Assembly (NCBI GenBank): GCA_964016885.1
Contig: OZ024755.1
Coordinates: 9,734,001 to 9,798,000, forward strand
Direction: 5' to 3'
Source of the DNA: Eledone cirrhosa
Taxonomy: Eukaryota
DNA length: 64,000 nt
In this document: in pieces, positions 29,066-41,385 of the stretch
Position numbering within the stretch: the first letter of the stretch is position 1
How the letters are laid out: every line of letters starts with the position of its first letter
Notes under the pieces: model-generated
What the model saw: the letters and a program-made list of their open reading frames with translations, nothing else
Databases searched by the model: none
What the model was told of the DNA's origin: nothing
Made by a program: the position numbers and the translations under genes

Positions 29066-29413
29066 GGAGGCACATGGCTTAGTGGTTAGAGCATTGGCCT
29101 TGCAATCGAAAGGTTGTGAGTTCAATTCTCAGACCGGGTGATGTGTTGTTTCCTTGAGCAAGACACTTTATTTCACATTGCTCCAGTTTACTCAGCTGTA
29201 GAAATGAGATGATAGGGACTGGGGTGCCTATCATTCCACTGCAAAGTGGTCGTGGAGGTGCCACGGCAAAAATGCACCCAGCACTCACTGTAAATGAGGT
29301 TGGTGTTAGGAAGGGCATCCAGCTGTAGAAATCATGCCAGAATCAGTTCCCGTCCCACCCCTGCAAGCAGGGAAAAGTGGACGTAAAAATGAAATGAAAT
29401 GAAATGAAATGAA
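29066..29413 (+). mobile_element. Full-length tRNA-derived SINE with RTE-type tail
   Basis: A box TGGCTTAGTGG, B box GAGTTCAATTC, central GTTAGGAAGGGCATCCAGCTGTA, (GAAAT)n tail. Confidence 0.9.
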
Positions 29414-29415
29414 TT

Positions 29416-29754
29416 CATCATCATCATTTCATTTTACGTCCACTTTTCCCTGCTTGCAAGGGTGGGACGGGAACTGATTCTGGCTTGATTTCTACAGCTG
29501 AATGCCGTTCCTAACACCAACCTCATTTACAGTGAGTGCTGAGTAATTTCTTGCCGTGGCACCTCTATGACCACTTTTTAGTGGAATGATAGGGACCCCA
29601 GTCCCTATCATCTCATTTCTACAGCTGAGTAAACTGGAGCAATGTGAAATAAAGTGTCTTGCTCAAGGAAACAACACATCACCCGGTCTGAGAATTGAAC
29701 TCACAACCTTTCGATTGCAAGGCTAATGCTCTAACAACTAAGCCATGTGCCTCC
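29416..29754 (-). mobile_element. Full-length tRNA-derived SINE, same family, inverted
   Basis: Near-identical reverse complement of 29066-29390; truncated copies at about 14283-14530 (+) and 16630-16913 (-). Confidence 0.9.
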
Positions 29755-29826
29755 ATCATATATATATATATATATGAGAAAAGGGAGGTATGGTTCTATA
29801 CAAAACAGTGGATATAGAGAAAAGGT

Positions 29827-30307
29827 GAAGTTGGAAATAGCACGGAAAATATATTTAAGGGTCTTTTTCTTTTTTTATCCTTTCTTCAAAGTGACATTAT
29901 TGAAAAAATGAGAGGGACAATTCTTTTTAAAAAAAGTATATAAAGTATATAACTTTATATACATTATAAAATTTTTTTAAAAAGAATTTCCCTCTCATTT
30001 TTTCAATAATGTCATCTTTTCAATAATTGTTTCTAATTTTTGCACAAGGCCAGCAATTATCCCAGTGCATTACTGGTACTTTATTTTATCAACCCCATAA
30101 GGAAGAAAGGCAAAGTTAACCTCGACGGGATTTGAACTCAGAACGGCAAGGGCCGTAACTATGCGTCAAAGCATGGTGTCTGACCCTCTACCGATACTGC
30201 CAATCCACCGCCCTCCATCTTTTCAATAATGTCACTTTGACGAATCAAAGAAAGGATAAAAAAAGAAAAACAGACCCTTAAATATATTTTCTGTGCTATT
30301 TCCAACT

Positions 30308-30309
<2 letters not shown>
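29827..30309. repeat. AT-rich foldback palindrome interrupted by a SINE
   Basis: GAAGTTGGAAATAGCAC...GTGCTATTTCCAACTTC arms, centre near 29950. Confidence 0.8.
30028..30215 (-). mobile_element. Same Nin-like SINE with 15-bp TSD
   Basis: TSD CATCTTTTCAATAAT at 30013-30027 and 30216-30230. Confidence 0.9.
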
Positions 30310-30351
<42 letters not shown>

Positions 30352-30406
30352 TGAGATTCTACAGGACTAGAACTGTTTCATTCTTTAGAAATCATCAGGA
30401 ATCTCA
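30352..30406 (-). ncRNA. Type I minimal hammerhead ribozyme motif (family A, left arm)
   Basis: Minus strand reads TGAGATTC-CTGATGA-tttctaaagaat-GAAA-CAG-ttctagtc-CTG-TA-GAATCTCA: 8-bp stem I, short stem II, stem III, GUA site. Confidence 0.75.
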
Positions 30407-30408
30407 AT

Positions 30409-30457
30409 GATTCCTGATGATTTCTAAAGAATGAAACAGTTCTAGTCCTGTAGAATC
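30409..30457 (+). ncRNA. Type I minimal hammerhead ribozyme motif (family A, right arm)
   Basis: GATTC-CTGATGA-tttctaaagaat-GAAA-CAGttctagtcCTG-TA-GAATC. Confidence 0.75.
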
Positions 30458-30540
30458 TCATCTATATTAAAACTTTTATACTCTGCAATGTATTGAGTAC
30501 CTTACTTACTGTGGTTACCTCCGATTCAACCCGGAATAAC

Positions 30541-30589
<49 letters not shown>

Positions 30590-33577
30590 CATTGTACCTT
30601 TGAAATATGTATAATAAAATATACATTTTGATCATGAGAATATTTTTCATTTATTAACATTTTGAATAATATATGTATATATATAAGTGTGTGTGTGCGT
30701 GTGCGTGTGCGTGTGCGCGTGTGCGCGTGCGCGTGTGCGTGTGTGTGTGTGCGCGTGTGTGCGCGTGTGCGTGTGCGTGTGTGTATACAGAGAGAGAGAG
30801 AGAGAGAAAGTCAGCTATTTAACTTTGCTCTTATTTAAAAAGAATTTAATTTATGTAAATGTTTAATCTATTTATGTATATTTAATCTTTGAAAAGATTA
30901 TATTGTTCACAATATATCTAAGGCAGTATTTTAATGTCTAAATATGATTCTAAATGCCACAATGTTACTGGCATTTTTCAAGTAAAGCCAATAGTTTTTA
31001 TAAGCATTAAACCTACATTTCACAAAATGGATTATATTGTGAATACGTTTTTTCTTCTTTTATAATCCAACCGTTTCTAGCAGAGAAAGCAAACATTAAA
31101 CAATGGTGATGATGAGGAGGAGGTGGCTGATTAGTCATGATAAAACAATGTCTTTGGAAGACATCTTGCTGTCTATAGATTCTGCACATCTTTTTACAAG
31201 TCTTGCAAGCATAAGTCACTATTGGCATGGTGATTGATATATAGAGGTGGAGTTTGGTGCCTTGGTTCATGGAGGAGTTGGCCCAAACAGGTGGAGGAGT
31301 TGGCCCATACAGGTGGAGGAATTGGCCCATACAGAATTTTGGAGTTAAGGGGAAATCCATGTCTCTGGACAGGGGTTTATTCCAGGTGGTGTTAGTCGGA
31401 ATGTACTGAGCCCAGGTGTTATGTACGGCAAGGTTATAATTACCTGTAGTCAAGATTCAAGTTCCCGCCCAACCACTCCCCCATCAATTCCAACAACACC
31501 AAGGTTTTCTTTTCTTTTTTTTATCAAAACCATATAACCATATCTGAATTGTCAAGTTGAGGGGAAAAAAATAATAATTTTCGAATAATTTATGTAAATA
31601 CCTAGTGTTCTGAAAAATGCATTAAACCATAAAACCAATAAACCATATCAGAACTGCTAGGTCAAGCAGAAAATTTTGTTTCCATAAATTCCTACAGTTA
31701 TGGAAAAAAACATAAGCATAGACATAGCTGTGAGGTTAAGGGGTTTGCTTCACAACCATGTGGTTTCAGGTTCAGTCCCACTGAGTGGTACCTTGGGCAA
31801 GTGTCTAAGGTAGCTACAGGTTGACCAATGGTTTGTAAGTGAAATTTTGTATACAGAAACTGTATAGAAGCCTGTCATGCGTATGTTGTCATATAGAAGC
31901 CCGTCATATTGATGCCAAGTGTGGTAGAGTGTCGGTTACCATGCTTCACAGCATAGAGTTACGGCCCTTTACGTTCTGAGGTCAAATCCCACAGAGGGTA
32001 ACTTTGCCTTTCATCCTTACGGGGTCAATAAAATAAAGTACCAGTAATGCACTGGGGTTGATTTAATTGACTTTCCCCTCCCCCAAATTGCTGGCCTTGT
32101 GCCTATAGTAGAAATCATATGTGTGCATGTTTACATTTACAATTTGTTTGAGTAATGAGAAGGGATTGATAAAATGCATACCATTCTTGAAAAAGAATAT
32201 AAGTACCAGGGTCGAAATAATCAACTATATTCCTCCAAGATGGTGTTCCAGCATGGCCACAGAACAATACTTGAAACCGTAAAATAACAAAAGAATGACT
32301 ACAATGAGTTCTGTTCACTATTTTACCATTAATGCAATGACCTCTGTTCTTTTAAGTTTGCAAACAATTGATGCCACACCAATAATGCCTATTTATTCTT
32401 CACGATGTTCTACTTCTCATTAGCTTAACAACTCTCTCTAATTAAACACAGAAACTATCTTAACAACTCTATATCTAATTAAACACACAAATCTTTATAA
32501 ATTATCGCTTCACTGAAAATCTTCATCTAACCTGATTAAGTTTTGTGTGTCAATGACTAATGTTAATTTGGGGTACTGTTTTTTCTGAAATTGATTGAAC
32601 GGAGACAATAAAGGATAGGAGAGAATATTCAGTCTTGTTGAATACATGATGACAAAACAACTCTAGTGCTGGTGCCTAAATGAACCCAGTACACTCTGTA
32701 AAGTGGTTGAACTGGTGCCACGATAAAATGCACCCATTACACACTGTAAAGTGGTAGTACTGGTGCCATAATTTAAGTGCATCTAGTCCACTCTAAAGTA
32801 ATAATGCTGCTGCCATGATAAAATGCATCTAGTACACTCTGTAAAGTGGAAATACTGGTGCCATAATTAAAATGCACCTCTAATGTAGTAGTGCTAGTGC
32901 CACAATAAAATGCACCTAGTATATTTGTTAAACTGTTCACATACTGAGTCAGTACTTAAGCAGGGATACTGACCTAACAAATTAGCTGGGGGCCTGTATA
33001 TCATGATCCTGTGTCCTACTTAGTGCACTTTGTCATGATACCAGAGGTTGTCATGTCTTGTCATTGATGCAATTAAAGGGTCCTCCCAAACATTTATTTG
33101 GCAGGTTTTCTATAGCTGGATACTCTTCCTATCACCAAGCATTATACAGAATGTACTGGGGGCATTTAACATAAGGTGGTTGTCTTGTCATTGATACAGC
33201 TAAAAGGTCCTCACACCCATTCATTTGGCAGGTTTTTGTACCAAGATACTCTTTATAGAGTTTACTGAGTGCATTTATCGTGTAGATCACAAACACTAAG
33301 GAGAGTGCTGTTAATCAATTTTGTTGTCCAGGTATTTTTTGTCAACAGGTGTAAGTCAGCCGAAATTAATAATACTTTTTACAGAAAAAGTCTAATATCT
33401 GAGAAGTACATTCATTGCCAACTGACTGTAACCATAGAAATGAGTTAAAAGTTTTACAAAGAATGTTGCCAATAGTTAAAATAGTCTATAGAGGAGAGAA
33501 ACATTTTTATTTCTTTTTAATTGAAACAAATAGCAGTAAAATATCTTGCACTTATACAATAAATATGAAGAGGTGGA

Positions 33578-33740
33578 GGCATGGCTGTGTGGTTAAGGAG
33601 TTCACTTCTGAACCTCATGGTTTCAGGGTTGAGTCCCACTGTGTGGTACCTTAGGCACGTGTCTTTTACTATAGCCCAAGGTTGACCAATGCCTTGTGAC
33701 ATTTGGTAGACGGAAACTGCAGAAACTTGTGTGTGTGTCT
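33578..33740 (+). mobile_element. tRNA-derived CORE-like SINE (third family)
   Basis: TGGCTGTGTGGTTAAG...GGTACCTT(A/G)GGCA; copies at about 12975, 31722 and 54560 (-). Confidence 0.7.
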
Positions 33741-35198
33741 AGTAACTTTTGACAAAAAGAAACTTGAACAAAATAAGTTATGTTCTAAACAGGGACTAAA
33801 TAATGAGAAAGTTCCAGTATATTACTAAATTCCTTCAGATTCTCGATTATTTTCAAAATTACTTGAAAACCTTAGGCAGTGTTTTTCATCAATATGATAT
33901 TGAAAGGGCCAAAACTGTATTAACCCTTTAGCATTTAAACTGGCTACATCTGGCCAGAATTCTCTCAGCTCTTTCTGTTTAAACTGGCTGTTACCAGCTG
34001 CTCATACTGATGTTAAGGTATTGTTCTCAAAATAAATAATATCAAAATCTCATAGATTCGATATTATGTGAGATAAAGCCTTTATCGCAAAATACAATAG
34101 TATATATAGAGTGATGTAAATGCTAAAGAGTTAATGTATTAGAGTCAAGATAAGACTGACCTAAATAACAAGGTTTATATTGTTTTGTAGTTAAGGGTGA
34201 TAGAATTTTCTACTCATGACTGTGCATAGTTTTTAGTATGACTTGTGGTACACAAATCACACATATATATATATAAACTGAAGTAGGCAGAAGTTCACCA
34301 ACTTGCATTCTTTGACTATACAATACCACCACTACCACCACCAACAACATCATCATCAACATCACCACTAGAGATCTATTCATAATATATATGTAACAGC
34401 TAAAGCTTGGTTGTTCAGATAATGGTGGAACTGGATTTATCTGGTTCTCTGCTAGCATTTCAAAGAGTTAATTACTTGTTTTGTTTTGTAGTTCATCAAT
34501 TGCAAAATCCAAAATCTATTTTTTTAAATTTTGGTTGTGAAGTTCTCTTTTTGCTAACACTTTTGACACTACACTGCCTGGAACTGTCCCTGGTTCTTTT
34601 ATATAAATCTGTTTATTAAAAAACCTTCTTCTTCGCCCACTTATTCCTGGGAGTTTCGTGGGGGCAGAATCCTCAAACATACATTCCAGAGGGTCCTATC
34701 AGAAGCAACTGTCTCCAATTGATCCCACTGTATCCCCAAGTGAGACCAACTGAGCGCATGGCAGTTATCTAACAAACCTTCCATAATTTTATGTTTGAAC
34801 CTTTATTAAGTTATGCTCCAAACACCAGATAAATAATGATAAAGTTAGTTATATTACTAAATCCCTCATTTTTTTTGTCATTTTCAGAATTATTAGAAAT
34901 ATGGTAATAAAAAAGGTTAATCTCCTATCATATATTTCAGATATTTGCACTGAAATAATTCTTCATCATGTCTCTTACTTTACACAAAATATGGTATAAT
35001 AATGGTTTCTGATTTAGGCATAAGGCCAACAATATATATATATATTCTAAACCTTAACATAGCTGCTTGTGTGTGTGTGGAAATATATATATATATATAT
35101 ATATCATCATCATTTTATGTCCGCTCTTCCCTGCTTGCAAGAGTGGGACATATATATATATATATAATAATAATAAATAGGGAACAAAGAGTCACTAT

Positions 35199-35324
35199 TG
35201 CATCATATACATATTTAATTACATATGTTTCACTGCCGATCAGCTCGAGGAACGCTCGAATAATGTTCGTTCCTGACTCTGGAATCGGAAGCTCCTCAGA
35301 TATGTGTTCTCACATGTAGATGCA
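35199..35324 (-). ncRNA. Hammerhead-like motif with extended stem II
   Basis: CATAT-CTGAGGA-(CCGAT..AGGAACG..CGTTCCT..ATCGG)-GAAA-CATATgtaattaaATATG-TA-TATGATGCA; stem I register is off by 1 nt. Confidence 0.6.
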
Positions 35325-37940
35325 CGTCCAATCATATATATATATATATATATATGTTTGTATGTACACACACACAATCCACAAGCAGCTATGTTAAAGT
35401 TTAGTGAAGAAACTGAATATTACTTATTCCTATTCTATTAGTAAAACAATGAGTTATGTAGTAGTTTATTTGTAATTATCTAAGCAACAAACACACAATG
35501 TTTCTATACCAATGTTATTTATAAAAGATAAGCCACATTTAAAATAGCTACCAGAGATCAAATAAGTAATATCTCATTGTTTTTTTTTCTATGAAAGTGA
35601 TGCTCAACACACAAAACTAAACAATTATCTCTTCAGTTATATTTTCAAACTAGTGGTCCCATACTGTCAATAATGATAGCAATAGTATTGAACATATTTT
35701 AGTTTTGGAGTCTACGGTTAGTATGCCACATATAGAACGAAGCCAAAATTCGGCTCTGTATGAGCGAGACATGGTCACCTGACCTGACATTGCAAACATG
35801 TTGATAACATGTCAACGACCCAAGAGTTTTTAATCTTGGTGTGAAATATTCTGATATTCTGTAAAGGTTATTTTATAAATTCCAGACTTTTGGTTTCAAA
35901 CTGATAATCTGCTCAGAGGGATTAAGGAAAAATGAACGGCATTTCTATTTTTAACCCTTTTATTAACATGTTTCTAATGGAAGATACTGCCTATGGTTTT
36001 CAAATCATTTTGAAAATAATCAACAATAACTGACATTTGAACATAATCAAGGATTTGAGGGATTTTGTCACATAACTATCATTATTAAGAGGGCGATGGA
36101 TTGGCAGTATCGGTAGAACGTTGGACAGCCTGCTTTGCAGCATATAGTTATGATTCTTTACGTTCTGAGTTCTAATCCTGCCATGGTTAGCTTTACTTTT
36201 CATCCTTATGGGGGTCAATAAAATGAAGAACCAGAGCGTAGAGAGCCAGAATGAATACTGAAGTATTTAATCCAACACTCATACAACGCTGCAAATTCAA
36301 TGAGTTAATAACAACAACTACCCTGAAACATATGTTTAATGTTATCACCACTACCACCACCACAATCATCCCCACCACCACCATCACTACTACCACTACC
36401 ATCATCACTACTGCCACCATCATCATGGATTGGAAGGGCCTTTTCCAATACAGCTTCCCTCTACTTGCTGTGAAACTTTGACATCTCCTCTGTGAGTTTC
36501 TGAGATCTACTCTCATCACTTCTGCCCAGATCTCCCTTGGTCTCTACAGCAGTATCCTTCTACTTTTTCACCTAACAATAATCATCCATATAAACATCAC
36601 ATGTTCATACCAGTGCTGTCTTCTCTCTCTTGCACACTACATTTGATTTCTCTTATATTAAGTTTCTCTCTCAGTTTATCCATATTTTGACATTATATTA
36701 CTAAAAAATCTTATTTCTTTCAAATGATACCAAATCTTACATTTCGAAAGACATACAGGACATAAAGGTGTTGTTTTTTCTTCCTCAGCTGAACTGAAAC
36801 TCATTAAATATCACACCTGTATGTTACTATATATTATCAATATTACTAGAACTAATCTGTTTTTTTTCAAAAGATTTACATTGTTGATACGTGTGACCTT
36901 TGCTAATAGTTTAAAAGTGCCTTGGCATTAAGCTTGATATGCTAACATGTGGAAACAATTTTCAAAACCAATGTAGGTTGAATGGCTGTGAGATTAAGGT
37001 GTTGGACTGATAACCACAGAGTCATAAGTTCAAATCTTGGTATATCCATTTCGTTGTGCTTCAAGTGAGGAATGTAAATATCTGCTCTACCCATTATATT
37101 TATCTAAAACTTCAACACCTGTTTTATATATAAGTGGCTCGTGACAGGGAATACAATCAACCCAAAATGCTCAACTCTTATTTTATAGTGGAGTGGTTTG
37201 TAAGAAAGAGTATATCCAGCCATAAAAACAACTGCTCCAACGCAATAAGAAATATTCTGTGTTTTTATGTTGACTGTGTGTTTGTTTATATTATGAAGAT
37301 AGTGCCCTAGTTTTTCAGTTTTGAACTGAAATATTAGGGCTATTTTCATAGATCAATCTAATTTATATTTACTTAGTCTCTCTAATCATTTCCTTACCGT
37401 ATTTCTCATAAAAGATGCTGTCTATAATTTTCAAATAATGTTGAAAATAATCAAGAATTTGGAGTGATTTAGTAATATAACTGCCTTTTTCGTAATTAAG
37501 CAAGCATTTAGAACATAACTTAATGGTTTTGCATCCAGGGCCAGTTTCAAGCAGTTTGGTATCAAAAAGGTTTAAATTACAAAGGTGTGTCTTTACTTCA
37601 AAAGAAATTGAAAATTCTAGGGGGTGGATTGTCTTTTTTTTTGGTGGTGGTGTGTGTGTGTGTGTGTGTGGGGGGGGGGGGGCATTTTGCATAAAAAATA
37701 GCCAATAAGCTAGAAACACGTGTCTCTATTTAAACACTTATGATTAATAATGACTTCATATTTTTATAACCTCAACATTTTAAAAATATATAAAGAAAGA
37801 AATACAAAGAAATCTACAAATATATAGCAGTTTAAAAGATATTTCCCTCACTACCCGTTTAACATAAAGAATTTGATTGAATCAACTAACCAAACAACCA
37901 AACAAAATAACATTCATTTAGTTACAGCTATAAACCTTAC

Positions 37941-37962
37941 AGTCTGGTTTCCTTAACTTCAT
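37941..37962 (-). CDS. Candidate alternative first exon of PFKFB (MKLRKPD+T)
   Basis: CAAC-ATG AAG TTA AGG AAA CCA GAC T|GTAAGG; 22 nt, phase 1, compatible with exon 2; in unique-looking sequence. Confidence 0.35.
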
Positions 37963-38305
37963 GTTGAAACATCTATAAATGTTTTTGTTTCTAAAAACTA
38001 TAGAGAGCCATCCAATCGTAAATGATTTTTTTATCCAAACAGAAACTTTAGTCTTTATGTGTCCTTTCTCAGTGTCACATCCTAGATTGTTTGAAATATT
38101 TGACTAGATATATACTTCGAAAACAGGTTTATTGTAAAGAAACAATTATATTTCTTTCATTATAACTTTAATAACTCCAAGTTTATGTAATAGTCCCTTA
38201 AATGAATATATCTATATCATCTATGTGATTTAAACCATTACAAGCTCCCTAACTATAACAGCAATCCAGGTGATAACTCTCTCTCTCTCTCATATATATA
38301 TATAT

Positions 38306-38474
38306 AACGAAGGAGTTGTGGTAAGGAACCAGATGGACCATAACGCACCAGAGTACTCAATACTTAGGGTAGTAGAGTGGGTAACAGAAAGTATGACCCC
38401 GACGGCAGAGCTCAAGCCGTTTCGACGGCTATTTCTGGACTCTTGAGCTCTGCCGTCGGAGTCATACTTTCTCC
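38306..38474 (-). mobile_element. Family B palindromic element
   Basis: Minus strand carries GAAA-CGGC-ttgagctct-GCCG-TC-GGGGTC; short inverted arm; flanked by (TA)n. Confidence 0.6.
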
Positions 38475-38602
38475 TATATATATATATATATGAATTATTT
38501 TCCCACATCTTACGTTAACTATTTTTCCATTTTGACGTTATAGTCACTTATATATTATGAAATACTCTTGGCTTCACGCTCACAATAATTTCTATACTTT
38601 TC

Positions 38603-38636
<34 letters not shown>

Positions 38637-38720
38637 ATATGCAGTTGACAGCTGTGGGAAAGGAGTATTTAGTACCAAAGTAGAGTTTTAATATTCATTT
38701 TATTATGGCTGAATAGTGAG

Positions 38721-38826
38721 TCTTGTTACTCTGGAGTTTCGCCTGTTGATCACAGGGTCATCAGACAAGAACTTGATCCTGTCTGATGACCCTGTGCTAA
38801 ACAGGCGAAACTCCTGTGTAACATGA
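38721..38826. ncRNA. Back-to-back hammerhead pair (family C): 38721-38770 minus (intact), 38777-38826 plus (diverged)
   Basis: Minus strand reads TCTTGT-CTGATGA-cCCTGTgatcaACAGGc-GAAA-CTCcaGAG-TA-ACAAGA; all three stems pair. Confidence 0.8.
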
Positions 38827-39026
38827 TTCACTATTCAGTCTTAATAAAATGACGATATATATATGTGTGTGTTTGAGAGACGAGGAAAAAAAGAATAAGA
38901 ATAAAGAAGAGATGGAGAGAAAGTAAAAGAAGAGAAAGTAAAAGAAGAGAAAGTAAAAGAAGAGATGGAGAGAAAGTAAAAGAAGAGATGGAGAGAAAGT
39001 AAAAGAAGAGATGGAGAGAAAGTAAA

Positions 39027-39102
<76 letters not shown>

Positions 39103-40939
39103 AAAATGAAATGTATCTTCAGATTTTAGATAGTGAAGATGGAATGTATTTATGTGAGAAACTTAGGAAAGCTAGTTAGACAAGATGTAATACTGACAGA
39201 TAAATCAACTAGTAGAGACGAGGGAAGGGAACTCGAGGGGGGACCTTTTTGATACCAAACTGCCTGAAACTTACCCTCCTGCTACAGCAAAAACCTGTTT
39301 ATTTTAAAGTGTTTATATTTATCTAAACACATTTGTTTGAATTATTCTCCAAACATCAGCTTAATAGTTAGAAGTTAGTGACATAACTAAATCACTCCAA
39401 ATTCTTTATTTTCAAAATGATTGTAAACATTATGATTTAATAGAAATATGGAAATGAAAGGGTTAAATGTATTTAAGCTATAGTATTATATTACTGTTGT
39501 TGATGCCTTTTCTGGCATAGCTCACAAGTTAACATTCTTTCTTTAACAGATTGTATAGGACTTCACTATTAATGCCCATGTTTTCAAACTGTGCTTCATT
39601 ACACTGATTCCTTTTTTTTTTTTTTTTTTTTTAAAATCAACCTCGAAAGGCCCAAAGGCAAAGCTGACCTTTGTGGGATTTGAAAGCAGAGCAGAGAATA
39701 CTGAAAAGCATTCTAATGACTTTGCCAATTCACTACCTCCATACACTGTATAGTCAATATAACATAGAGAACTACAAAACAACTATATAATATATTTAGT
39801 ATAAGCAGTATAGAGAACTGCATAACATCTATATGATATATTTAGTATAGACAACTACAAAATATTTAGTATATGCAGTACAGAGAACTGCATAACAAGT
39901 ACATGATATATTTAGTATACGCAGTATAGAGAACTACAAAATAAAGGAGATGGTGGGGGGGGGGGGCGAAGAAAGGAGGGGGGTGGAAGGAGAGAGAGAG
40001 AGAGAAGGAGAAAGAGGGGGGGGGGGGGGGAATTGAGCCCAGTATTGGGCTGGTACTTTATCAACCTCATATGGATGAAAGGTACAGCTGATCTTGGCTG
40101 GATCTGAACTCAGAGCTCAGGTAGCCAGAGCTGGAACAAATACTGAATCATTTTTATTCCAATGCTTTAACAATCCTACCAATTTGTCACCTTAGAAACA
40201 TTTATGAGGAAATGGAAATACAACAGTTTTAATTTCAATCCTGGCATTAAAACAGACTTGAAACTAATATCTAAGGAGTGACGACCACTGTATATCAGAA
40301 ATTCAAATAAAATTTAACTCATTTGATACAAACCTACCTGAAACTACCAGAAACGAAATAGAATGCATCCTGTACACTCTGTAAAGTGGTAGTTCTGGTA
40401 CTACAATAAAAAAAGACCCAGTACACACCAAAGTGGTTGGTGTTACGAAAGGCATCCAGCTTTAGACATCCAGCTGTAAACATTAGCAAGGAGAGATCTC
40501 TTCAACCAGTCTAGTCAGACTGTGACAACCCAGTAAACCCATGCCAGCATAACAAGTTGACATAGCATTATAGTGATGATGGTGATGGTATATATGGGAT
40601 TCCCCCATTTTTTTTTTATTAGCTACTCATATTTCTGTCTTCCTTTTGGAATTTCAACTCAATATCAATTGACCAGTAATAGCTTTTAAACTTTCTATCT
40701 ATCTTCCTCCGCTGTGTGGAAGCCCATCATGTGTGTGTGTTTAATGTTTATATAGAAATTCAACAAGATGAGATAAAGTAGAAGATATCAAACTAAGTCA
40801 CTAAAATCAATCCCCCACTCCCAGAATTTAGGTTGATGTGAGAAATATAGTAATTTCATAGTTATGTAAACACCTACTGTTTTGAAACATGGCCTGGGTC
40901 AACACTAGGCAAACCCTATCAAAGTTATATATAAATATT

Positions 40940-41385
40940 CTTCTTCTTCGTCCACTTATTCCTGAGAAGGTCTTAGGGGCCAGAGTCCGCAAACATTCCT
41001 TCCAGCAGATCCTGTCAGACGCAACTGTTTCCAACGGTTGGATAACATCCAACCGTCTTGTTTGAGGTCTACCCCTAAGTCTCCTGTCAGTTGGTTTTGC
41101 CCATAAAATCTGTCAAGTGATTCTTTCCTGAGACATTCTCACCACATGCCCATAGTATCGGAGCTATGAGCTCTCAATTCGAAGACATATCAGTTCTACC
41201 TGGAGTGACTCTCTGATCTCCAAGCTACACACTCTATTGAGTAATGTACCTCCAAAGACTTTTCGGAGGAACCCTATTTAAGCCACTTGCATTCACGATT
41301 GTATTTTTTCGGTCATTACCCATGATTCATGACCATAGTTAAGGGTTGGCATGAATACTGAATTGAAGATAGCGAGTTTGGCTGT
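40940..41385 (-). mobile_element. Degenerate RTE-type LINE 3' fragment (second family)
   Basis: Remnant YGHESWVMT / YYGHVVRM / GRPQTR-like motifs on minus strand; (AAG)n tail; related tail at 34625-34770. Other decayed RTE ends near 10245, 15480, 22400, 31130 and 36430. Confidence 0.7.

Noticed and set aside
29066-29140. tRNA gene
   Set aside because: A and B boxes continue into a SINE body and tail; no complete cloverleaf or terminator.
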